From positions 1 through 64,000 of the forward strand of contig JAANOX010000055.1 of the NCBI GenBank assembly GCA_020184695.1: 64,000 bases of DNA, written 5' to 3'. The position numbers were made by a program, and so were the translations under genes. Source of the DNA: Histomonas meleagridis 2922-C6/04-290x. Its lineage: Eukaryota > Protista > Parabasalia. The stretch's first letter is position 1, and every line of letters starts with the position of its first letter. Of the stretch, positions 31,038 through 40,822 are shown piece after piece. The notes beneath the pieces were generated by a model. It saw nothing but the letters and a program-made list of their open reading frames with translations, was not told the origin of the DNA and did not search any database.

Positions 31038-32018
31038 TTAAAAACTATCATCAGTGTCATCACCACCATTTGCGATACCGAAATCATTCCCATCCATTTG
31101 TGGGACATTACCAATTTTAATAGACTGTTCGATGCTAGATGCTAAACTTTGTCTAATTTTCTTCTTAATTTTCCCGATTTCTTTTTCGCTCTTCTTTCGT
31201 TTTTCTTTTTGTTTTTCAGCCGCTTTTTGTAGTTCGTGTTCGAAATAATCGACGTTTCTGTAATGTTGAAAATGTAACTTGAATAATTCTTGTAATTCTT
31301 GTTCAAGAGCTTCATACTCATCCATATAAGCCGGACGAATTGTAGTAACTGATACAAGTCGCTTGGATTGTCGATCAAGTTCATATTTACGTTTTTTGAT
31401 TTTGGATCGAAGCGAATCTTCATCACTATTAAGGCGTTCAAGTTCCTTTGTAAGTGTTTCTAGACGATTTGAAGCTGCTTCAACCGAAGAAATAACACTT
31501 TTCTCGACTTCTTCTAATGGTGGCATAGTGGAAAGAATTTTGGTTCTGTTATCACGTATCATTAGCTCCTTTTCTAATTGGTCATATAGTTCTACTGAAT
31601 GCTTTGGAATAGTGGATGAAAGTTGGGATATCTTTTGAACTGATGGCGTTTGCATTTGCTTAGTTTGTTGTTGGGAAGGATCTCGCTTGGAAGTAATTCC
31701 AGAATAGATAGGTGCTGATATTTTAAGAAGTTCACGCACGGCAAATCGATCAGATGAATATAACTTTTTAGGATTTAACCGGATACCCGAACGAACTGCC
31801 ATTTGTTGAACAATACTTTTAACAAATTCCACACGTCCATTTTCATTTGAAAGATCAGAAATTACAACAAGATCAGGATCATATAGGGAAGCAAGCCATT
31901 GAAGAAGATTAGCCATCAAAGAAAAATTAGGTGTATCAAAAGAGTCAATGCCAATTGGGTTTGGATATCCTAAAACACGCATAATTTGCACGAACTGTTG
32001 AACTTCATGGTAGCTCAT
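31038..32018 (-). CDS. CLUAP1: clusterin-associated protein 1 / IFT38
   Basis: MSYHEVQQFVQIMRVLGYPNPIGIDSFDTPNFSLMANLLQWL; GIRLNPKKLYSSDRFAVRELLKI; IRPAYMDEYEALEQELQELF. Confidence 0.93.
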   Translation of the reverse strand: MSYHEVQQFVQIMRVLGYPNPIGIDSFDTPNFSLMANLLQWLASLYDPDLVVISDLSNENGRVEFVKSIVQQMAVRSGIRLNPKKLYSSDRFAVRELLKISAPIYSGITSKRDPSQQQTKQMQTPSVQKISQLSSTIPKHSVELYDQLEKELMIRDNRTKILSTMPPLEEVEKSVISSVEAASNRLETLTKELERLNSDEDSLRSKIKKRKYELDRQSKRLVSVTTIRPAYMDEYEALEQELQELFKLHFQHYRNVDYFEHELQKAAEKQKEKRKKSEKEIGKIKKKIRQSLASSIEQSIKIGNVPQMDGNDFGIANGGDDTDDSF

Positions 32019-33636
32019 TAGAGAATCAATTAACGTATATTACAAATTACCATCAAAAGGGTAAATATGATTTGAATAATTTACACAAATTCAGTACCAT
32101 TGAAAAGCTAGCTTTTCATGAAAGGTTTAACGGTCTAACAGAAAAAAATATAGCAAAAAGTGCCAAACATGTATACACGAATAGCACAAAAGAAGATAAA
32201 AAAATGAATTTTAAACTTACCAGAAAGTTAGTAAAAAAATTTTTAACCAATAAAAAAAAAATTTATGAAAAATCACCAAAAAATTATTTCTTTTCATGTT
32301 ACTTTTAGATAAATACCAGGTCTTTTTATTAATTTAACATAACAATCAATTAGTAAATTATTGTATTTTTTGTCAATAAGGTTACTATGTTTCCAATAAG
32401 GTAATACTTTTAATGAAAATATTTGTTTTATTTAAAATTCTAGTAACTCCTTTCCTAAAGTTTTATGATTGTAGTAATATCATTATGTATTCCTTTAAAC
32501 TCAACATGGCTATGTGTCTGTGTTTTTGAATGAAAGTGGCGATAATTTTACATCAGAAATAAGTATAGTTATGCTGTACCACCTGCTAAATTTATAAAAT
32601 AATATTTAGAAATATGTTGATATATGAATTAATTCATTATTTCAAAATACAAAACATTAAACATAAATTAGAGAGAATCATTAAGAACTTTGTTCAACAC
32701 AGGTTGATCTAACAAAAGAATTCACGATAAAACTAAAACCACAGAAAACGAAAAACAAATGCGAAGATTGATTGCAAGTTTCTATGAACATATTATATCA
32801 CTTGAGCAAATGTTTATCACATCTGCTCTTTCAGGGAACTTATTGAAAATGATTATAATCAGTCTATGATAAAAATCAATGAAATAATAGCAATACATGC
32901 TTTCAACAAGTCATTAGCCGAAACAGATCTTATAAAGAAATCAAAAAATGTTATATTCGATAATTTAAAAAACAGAAGACTTATCAAAACAAAGAAGTCG
33001 ATTGCATAGGAAAAGCATAAGGAAAACGCATAATGGAACACAGAAAATTCCGACTGTACTTCTCTCAGTGTGACATATATTCTGTCCAGGCAATCACCAT
33101 CATACATAAGAGTATAAGCTTAACAAAATGCTAATGTAATATATATTTTATGTTACTGTAATAACCTAAAGAAAAATGATTCATCAAATATATAAAACAA
33201 AAGCAAATATATGATATCATGCATAATAAAGTTTATATGTATTTAAATTTGTGATTAAACTTTAATTATTATTAGGGAAAAAAGGAATTCACCAGAAATA
33301 GTATGATGAAAATGTAGAATTCATTTGATTATTTAAAAGAGAAAACAAATCGCAATTTGACCCTAATTAAATAATATAAAAATAATATGAAGTTAGTATA
33401 TAATAATTAAAAAAGAAGTCAGTGTAAAACCAAAAATTTTGTGGAGTTTCGCTTGTGCTCTCGGAAATTTAATAGAACATGATCATAATAAGTCATTTCT
33501 CACTATTGTTATTATATTTTTTCATATCAAACATTACCGTTCAAATATATTTTTCGATTTGATCGAAGAAATGGCATTTTTTTTAATAACTGTTTCTTCG
33601 TAACCACAATTCGAAAGGATCATATCACTTATCAAT

Positions 33637-33981
33637 ATGTCGATGAACATATCTCTCAATATCAATGTTGATGCTAATAAACTAATTGATCAAGTAGCAT
33701 GTGCAACAAATCGTTCATCCATTAATGACCGCTATTTCGACAATGATAATGGAAGGTTTATATCATGCCAATCTGATGGAAAACTCATTGCTGCATGTTT
33801 CCATAAAACGAAAAGTCACTCTGCAACATGTGAAGTTCATAACAACTTCACCAAAAACTTTGGAGTTCCAGATCATATTGTAAGGAGTGCAAAGTCATCT
33901 GCACCAGCAGGTGTTTGGGCTGTTGCTTATTGTGACTCCGGAAAACTCGGAGGAGATAAGACATTCTATAATGTCGACTAA
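33637..33981 (+). CDS. small protein with lactococcin 972-like motif pattern
   Basis: FHKTKSHSATC...SAPAGVWAVA...GGDKTFYN resembles the Lcn972 family pattern (H.T..H.AT...AG.WA.A...N..YWN). Inr TCATATCACT just upstream. The ORF is solid; the family call is tentative. Confidence 0.6.
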   Translation: MSMNISLNINVDANKLIDQVACATNRSSINDRYFDNDNGRFISCQSDGKLIAACFHKTKSHSATCEVHNNFTKNFGVPDHIVRSAKSSAPAGVWAVAYCDSGKLGGDKTFYNVD

Positions 33982-34138
33982 ACAAGCACTTTAACATATT
34001 ATTTTATCTAATATTAATATTCAAAATATACAAAGTTTGATTAATTGTGACAAATCATCGTCTTGAGCGAAGTTGGATGTTTGAGTCAATATTGTATTAA
34101 AAAAAAATGCCGTCGCATTATTATAGAAAAGTAATAAC

Positions 34139-35230
34139 ATGTTCTTCTTTTGCATTACTTTGTTTGTAGCTAATATTCGAACATTTGATGAACAAACATC
34201 TTCAAAAGATATATATAATGATGTAATTCAACAAAATGAAAACTTGGATGATATTATACCAAATACTAAAATACAAGTTAAATGTGGTGATGAATTAACA
34301 GGAGAATATGATCAAAACACTGGTATACTCGTTATAACAGGAAATGGCGAAATGTATGACTTCGAGAATCAAATTCCTGATTGGAGATATTTTACGGGAT
34401 TAGGATTTGTTGTCATAAGAGATGGGCCTACTTCTATAGGTAGTTTTGCATTCAATGGAACAAATTTAGCTTCAATAAGTATTTCTTCAACTGTTACAAC
34501 TATTGGTGATTCTGCATTCCAAAACTGCAAAAGTTTAACTTCTATTAACATATTAGAAGACTCGAAATTAGTTACAATCGGTTCAGGCTCATTTCGCGTT
34601 AGTGGTTTAAAAGATGTTACAATACCAGATAGTGTTACAACTATCGAATCTGGCGCTTTTATGTCTTGCACAAGTTTAACATGCGTAATATTAGGAAAAA
34701 GTGTTGTAACTATTGGTGATTACGCTTTTGCATCTTGCACTGAGTTATATTCGATTAGTTTTAAGGGAAATAAGGATTTGACTGACTTATCCATTTTCCC
34801 ATTTTATGGAATTGATGAAGATTTTGGATATGTTTATGTGCCTGATACTTATGAAAGTGAAAGTTTTTGCTCACTTAGAATTAGCAAAAGAAATGATGAT
34901 GGAGATATTGCTAAATGTAGAACAAAACCTTTTTACTATGGCTTTACATTTAGTTACGTAGTACAAAAAATAGTGGCAGTGGTGGGAATTATTGGAGTTG
35001 TACTTAACATAATTTCGGCTTTTCTAATGTGCTGCAACTATTGGCAAGAATATAAAGTAAGAAAGTTATTGACAAGTGATGCTGGGAAAGTTAGAAATAT
35101 GAGGATTGAAACTATAAGAGGTATTGCAGCAGAAATTAATACTGTTTCTAACAAGTTGGGTGAATGTAAAGCTTTAATGGATACCTTAATTAGGAATGAT
35201 GAAAATAACAATCATGAAGCATCACCATAG
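34139..35230 (+). CDS. BspA-like LRR membrane protein
   Basis: Hydrophobic N-terminus, CGDELTGEY..TGILVITGNGEMYDF cap, TpLRR repeats (ISSTVTTIGDSAFQNCKSL, IPDSVTTIESGAFMSCTSL), TM near the C-terminus. Confidence 0.88.
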   Translation: MFFFCITLFVANIRTFDEQTSSKDIYNDVIQQNENLDDIIPNTKIQVKCGDELTGEYDQNTGILVITGNGEMYDFENQIPDWRYFTGLGFVVIRDGPTSIGSFAFNGTNLASISISSTVTTIGDSAFQNCKSLTSINILEDSKLVTIGSGSFRVSGLKDVTIPDSVTTIESGAFMSCTSLTCVILGKSVVTIGDYAFASCTELYSISFKGNKDLTDLSIFPFYGIDEDFGYVYVPDTYESESFCSLRISKRNDDGDIAKCRTKPFYYGFTFSYVVQKIVAVVGIIGVVLNIISAFLMCCNYWQEYKVRKLLTSDAGKVRNMRIETIRGIAAEINTVSNKLGECKALMDTLIRNDENNNHEASP

Positions 35231-35500
35231 CCACAATTTTGATGGTTAATAAACCATAATGCAAAAATTTTGTTTTTTGAGAAAATGCCAATTCAACGAT
35301 CAAAATCCACTTTTTGAATCAAATTCAGACATTTTCGAAAATGAGTCTTCTCATTCAAAAAGCAATAAATACTTATGCATTTCATGTAATACATGAATTT
35401 ATATAACTTAAAGGACAACAAAAGAAATCAAGAAATTATATTTCACTAAATTCCCAAATTCTTTAACATAAACACTAAATAAATTTAATTTCCACAAATA

Positions 35501-36050
35501 AGTTATTATGTTTCACTTCTCGTTAGACACATACAATTAGTTATTATGTTTCACTTCTACCTAAACACATACAATTAGTTATTATGTTTCACTTCTACCT
35601 AAACACATACAATTAGTTATTATGTTTCACTTCTACCTAAACACATACATTTAGTTATTATGTTTCACTTCTACCTAAACACATACAATTAGTTATTATG
35701 TTTCACTTCTACCTAAACACATACAATTAGTTATTATGTTTCACTTCTACCTAAACACATACAATTAGTTATTATGTTTCACTTCTACCTAAACACATAC
35801 ATTTAGTTATTATGTTTCACTTCTACCTAAACACATACAATTAGTTATTATGTTTCACTTCTACCTAAACACATACAATTAGTTATTATGTTTCACTTCT
35901 ACCTAAACACATACATTTAGTTATTATGTTTCACTTCTACCTAAACACATACATTTAGTTATTATGTTTCACTTCTACCTAAACACATACAATTAGTTAT
36001 TATGTTTCACTTCTCATTAGACTCATACATTTAGTTACTATGTTTCACTT
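35501..36050. repeat. 38-bp minisatellite, about 14 copies
   Basis: Unit A(A/T)TTAGTTATTATGTTTCACTTCTACCTAAACACATAC repeated head-to-tail with no spacers. Confidence 0.95.
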
Positions 36051-36102
36051 ACAGCTGTAAGACGAGTAACAATTTTCATTTTATTAAAAATTTCAATTGT
36101 AT

Positions 36103-39100
36103 TTACAGTGCGACAATAATTATTGAATGCATATCTTCAGGCTCAGAGTTCATCAGTATACTTCTGTGTGCCTCTTCGAGACTCTTTTGCGACAATTCTT
36201 TTCTTTTTGTTTGCCCCGTGTTCAAGTACAGCACAGCGTCTCTTTGTATTTCGTCCAAAACTATTTTTCTAATTTCGTCCACGTTATTATCTGACGTAAT
36301 AAATTTGATTTTTGTCGACTGATTTACGTCGTCGAATATTTTCAGTATCAAATTTGTACCTTTCGGAAGTTTCCCTTTCTTCGTTAATATCATATTATAC
36401 CATTCGATCTCTCGCTCGAGTTCTTCGTTTTCGATGTACATTGCCCATAATCGCCTTAACTTCCTTCTTGCCGCGACTTCTTCGAATGGAATCATTTTAC
36501 TCGCGTCGATGTTCAGTAGCGAATACATTTGCTTAGCATTAAATTCATTACTATTTGTAATCGCTTTAATTTCTTTATCAACTTTCGGTACATTAACATT
36601 GGTATCAGTTTTAGGCGTTGTTCGAATGTTACTTTCAGCTTTAGATGTAACTTTGGGTTTAACATTCGAAGTTTCAACTTTAGATGTAACTTTTGGTTTA
36701 ACATTAGATGTATCAGTTTTGGTTGTCTTGACTTCGTTCGTTGGTTTAACATTATTGAAGTTTTGGGTTTGAGTGTTACGCTTTGGTAAGTTCCAAACTT
36801 GTTTAACTTGCTGCTGTTGTTGCGACGAACTTTGCACAGGTAATTGCGGCGATGATTTTTGTCGCGGAGGTATTTGCGCTGCTTGTTGCTGACTCATTGG
36901 CGGCGGCGAATGTGCAGTTGTTTTAACTTTCCGCGCGAACACTTTCTCAAGTAAAGCTATTGTTTGATCATGTGTCTCATTGTTATTGTTACTAACTTCG
37001 ACTTGTTCATTATCGTTATTATTAGTAATTTCATTTTGTTTAATTTCTTGTGCATTATTATTAGTGCTTTTGGTATTCTTAAATGTGATTTTTTGCGATG
37101 AGTTATGTTCAAATGGAATATGAGTTAAGTCGATCATATAAGTGGACGCGATTGGATTACGTGTCGCTGAGTCAGTTCCGCCGAATATCATTGTATGTTT
37201 GGAGTCAATATCGACGCAAGCGAAACGTGATACGCCATAAGGTATATTACCGAATTGTTTAACCTTAATACATTTCCAATTAATAGTATCGATTACTTCT
37301 AATTCTTCGTCATCTTTATTACTCATTCCGCCAATAATTAAAAGGAATTTTCCATGTGTAATTGTTCGATGATACATTCTTTCACCTACTTCCAAAGGAA
37401 TTTTAATCCAAATCATTTTGTTTAAGTCTAAAGAATATATATCATTACATAAAGACTTTTCAGATCTACCACCGATTATTATCATTTTATCATCGATTAT
37501 AGAAGCAGAATGATATGCACGAGGTAATGGTAAATCACCATTACATTTAATTTGTTTATATTCTAATGTATTTATATCTAATGTCGATACATCATTTAAG
37601 AATTCTTCATTTTTGTTCTTACCACCGAAGAATATTAACTTGTTCTTAAATGTTACACATGAATGTCCCATTCGACCTATAGGTGTTTGACCATTAACTT
37701 TTAATTGTTCCCATCCGCCTTGTAATTCATCGAATACATAACAATCATTAAAGTATTCTTTTTTAGACTTACCGAAGCAGATATAAGCCTTACCATTTAA
37801 TGATGTTATTGTATGTGAATCACGTGGTTGAATTGTAGTAGTAGTAACAGACCATGTATTAGCATTAATGTTATATCGAATTAATGTATTAATTCGTAAC
37901 ATTGATATGTTAACACCACCAAAGAAAAACGCAGACCCATTCATACTACATCCGTCATGATTCATTAGCGCTGGTATCGAATCACCAACTTCAATATCGC
38001 GCCATAATACATATGGATGATTAGTTTTAATGTTAGAAAAGATGTTGTTTTGTACTTTCTGATATTCTTCCATCCATTGTAACTTCTCTTCATAATCTTC
38101 AAACTGTATAACATATTCTTTATCATCATGAATAACCATAAATGATTCTGGAGTTGGCCGACAATTAGAAAAGCGAAATTCATTGTTCTTAAATGTCATT
38201 AATAATTGATATTGTTTTCGTGAAGTTATCGACGCAATAATTATTATATCATTAAATAATATGATTTGCCCAGATGATGACTTAGGTTTCATAATTCGAA
38301 TCTTTTCCATTGATAATACTTCTCTCCCAGGTAAATTAATAGTAACACTACCACCAAATGAACTTTGTAATGAGTCCATAAGTTCAAGTTGCTTCATTCG
38401 TTTAGCACTAAAGTTAATTTCATTGTTGACTTTCTCAACAGCTGCCATAGCGGCGGCTAAATATGGTTTATCAGGATGAAATAATGGAGTGGCCTTATCT
38501 ACTTCACGCATTAATATCATATATCGCGGATATCGTTGAACAGGTGTAACATAGTAATTCAAAAAGTCGCGACCGTTACCGGCGGGGAGGTTTGCCTCAA
38601 TTTCTTTGAATTTGCTGTCAAAGCTACGGTTTTTCGACTTTTCATGTATCATTTCATCAACAGATTTAAACTGAGATACAAATGTTGATGACAACTTGAA
38701 GAATTGGACAAAATTAAGGAACTTCCACCCAAATTCAGTGGCAAATGTGACTTCGGTTTTAAGACTTTTAAGAAATACCATATGTGTATTACGAATGGTT
38801 GGTATGTCACGAAATAACGTCTTGAGTTGTTGCTCATCAAAGAGTTTGGAGTCACGAATAGCTGGTGACCAATAATCTATAAGTTCACCAAGATCATTAA
38901 TATAGGCTTCTTCTGAGGTGATTACTTCATTGCTGGCATAATTCCGATGGTTGATCTTTTTGATGGCAGAGTCTGCAACTGTGCAATTAAATGTAACATC
39001 TGATGTCATGGCAGTTTGTATAAGATTTTTGCCAAGAGATTTGGTATCTACTTTTTCGCCAGAAATAGAAATGTATTGATCTGAACATTCATAACCAAAT

Positions 39101-39486
39101 GTGGATATACAACGAGATAAAATGTCTGAAACATGAATTGTGTCAATTTCCTTTTGCCCAAAAGAAACTCCCATCTTGGGAAATGTGGTTTTTACTTGAG
39201 TTTCTATGGAAAAATAGATTGTAATATCTGGAATATCATCTTCTGAAACATAAAGATGCCAAGGAGGTGGTGGATATTTTCCTGATTTTTGTACAATAAG
39301 TTGAGGGTATTCTTTTAATGGAATTGATTTGTTAGTGAGTAATATACGAAAATGTGGAGAATTAACAGCAACTTTTTCGTCTTTTAGCTTGATAATAGAG
39401 CATATATCCTCAAGCGTTTTGCCCTCCATAGTTTTTGCATCAAAAAATTGGTTTGCATCTGTATTCTTGATAACGCAAACAGTCAT
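36103..39486 (-). CDS. RhoGEF (DH-PH) protein with Kelch beta-propeller
   Basis: DH: EVITSEEAYINDL...VTPVQRYPRY...HPDKPYL; PH-like segment; Kelch repeats (GRMGHSC..FFGG, PRAYHSA..IIGG); low-complexity Q/T/K region. Confidence 0.88.
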   Translation of the reverse strand: MTVCVIKNTDANQFFDAKTMEGKTLEDICSIIKLKDEKVAVNSPHFRILLTNKSIPLKEYPQLIVQKSGKYPPPPWHLYVSEDDIPDITIYFSIETQVKTTFPKMGVSFGQKEIDTIHVSDILSRCISTFGYECSDQYISISGEKVDTKSLGKNLIQTAMTSDVTFNCTVADSAIKKINHRNYASNEVITSEEAYINDLGELIDYWSPAIRDSKLFDEQQLKTLFRDIPTIRNTHMVFLKSLKTEVTFATEFGWKFLNFVQFFKLSSTFVSQFKSVDEMIHEKSKNRSFDSKFKEIEANLPAGNGRDFLNYYVTPVQRYPRYMILMREVDKATPLFHPDKPYLAAAMAAVEKVNNEINFSAKRMKQLELMDSLQSSFGGSVTINLPGREVLSMEKIRIMKPKSSSGQIILFNDIIIIASITSRKQYQLLMTFKNNEFRFSNCRPTPESFMVIHDDKEYVIQFEDYEEKLQWMEEYQKVQNNIFSNIKTNHPYVLWRDIEVGDSIPALMNHDGCSMNGSAFFFGGVNISMLRINTLIRYNINANTWSVTTTTIQPRDSHTITSLNGKAYICFGKSKKEYFNDCYVFDELQGGWEQLKVNGQTPIGRMGHSCVTFKNKLIFFGGKNKNEEFLNDVSTLDINTLEYKQIKCNGDLPLPRAYHSASIIDDKMIIIGGRSEKSLCNDIYSLDLNKMIWIKIPLEVGERMYHRTITHGKFLLIIGGMSNKDDEELEVIDTINWKCIKVKQFGNIPYGVSRFACVDIDSKHTMIFGGTDSATRNPIASTYMIDLTHIPFEHNSSQKITFKNTKSTNNNAQEIKQNEITNNNDNEQVEVSNNNNETHDQTIALLEKVFARKVKTTAHSPPPMSQQQAAQIPPRQKSSPQLPVQSSSQQQQQVKQVWNLPKRNTQTQNFNNVKPTNEVKTTKTDTSNVKPKVTSKVETSNVKPKVTSKAESNIRTTPKTDTNVNVPKVDKEIKAITNSNEFNAKQMYSLLNIDASKMIPFEEVAARRKLRRLWAMYIENEELEREIEWYNMILTKKGKLPKGTNLILKIFDDVNQSTKIKFITSDNNVDEIRKIVLDEIQRDAVLYLNTGQTKRKELSQKSLEEAHRSILMNSEPEDMHSIIIVAL

Positions 39487-39919
39487 TTTCTTGTATAATT
39501 AATTGAAAAAGTGGATCCTCATTGTTTCCGTTTTGTTTTCGCAGAATTTTAACGTTTCACAGACTATGAAAAAGTGGAAGTTACGCAATATAAACTAATC
39601 AAAAATGTCAAAAAAAAAAACGAAGAACAAGAAAAAACGATTTGATGTATTTTGATTGGTTAAAATAGTTTTTATTATGTAGTTTCAAATTTAAAGAATA
39701 TTACAAATTAGTTATGTAATAGCGATTACAAATTTTATAAAACCATAAATTTTCAAATTCTTATTTTTAAAAGATGCAAAGATTAACAACTATCTTACTT
39801 AGCTAACAAAAGGCCAACTTAATCTAATATATGATATTAAAAAAAAAAAAAAATTCGAGATTTTTTTAAACAGATATATTAATAAGTTATTTTAGAAAAT
39901 ATTGTTATTAAAATTGTCT

Positions 39920-40228
39920 TTATTTATTTTTCTTATTACGAAGAACAAATGATGCAATAGACCAAGTCAATGATAAAATTAATAAAACAACAACATTAAT
40001 CTTCATAAGGTTTTCTTGTTTTTCTGATACTTTAATCTGAGATGGTTCCTGAGGTACATAAAATGATAAAACAACTAAAAGCATTAAAATTGCAATAACT
40101 GAAGAGATTTTGAAATAATGTTCATTCTTAAGATAGTCAATAAGCTTATTGGATTTGGAATGTCTGGTATGGGTTGGGGTAGAACGAGACGAAGAAACTG
40201 AGCTAGCAGTCGCAGAAGAAGAGCTCAT
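39920..40228 (-). CDS. small two-TM membrane protein
   Basis: ATG ORF, Ser-rich N-terminus, two hydrophobic helices. Confidence 0.6.
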   Translation of the reverse strand: MSSSSATASSVSSSRSTPTHTRHSKSNKLIDYLKNEHYFKISSVIAILMLLVVLSFYVPQEPSQIKVSEKQENLMKINVVVLLILSLTWSIASFVLRNKKNK

Positions 40229-40822
40229 TTATGTTGTGGCGGTTTTATTCGAAATCGTTGGTGCAAAAGTAAACGGCCTATGGTACAGCAACATTTTTAT
40301 TACTAATAACTCCCTATTCCATTCAACAGAACTGAACTAGAAGCAAATTGAAAAACTCATTAAATTTTGTTAGTGATGATATTTACAAATAGTCTTTTTG
40401 GTGTTCAACCAATTTGGATTTAAATTGGAAATATATATTTTTAATGATATATTAAAATCACATTAAACGTCAAATAAAATTATATTACTTTTCCAAATGA
40501 TCTCACACTTCTTTTCCAAAATATATACTTTACTACATCTTATGATTTTTTTTTCATAATATTTTTTAGCATCTAAAACAATTTCTCCTTAAATTTACTA
40601 TTAAACTCAATTTTTCTAATTCTAATTCTATTTTTTTGATATATTTTAAGGTAGTTCATATTACATAATTAACTGTAAATTCTTCTTTTTTCTCTTTTTA
40701 ACCGAATTCGGAGATGTATCGGAATATTTGGTGGATTGGTAATCGTAAAAATATCATATTTTAAAAAGAGAAAAAAAATTTTATCACATAAAAAGTGAGA
40801 ACCAGGAAAACATTTTCCGCAA

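Noticed and set aside
35501-36050. CRISPR array
   Set aside because: Units are contiguous with no unique spacers, no cas genes are present and the context is eukaryotic.
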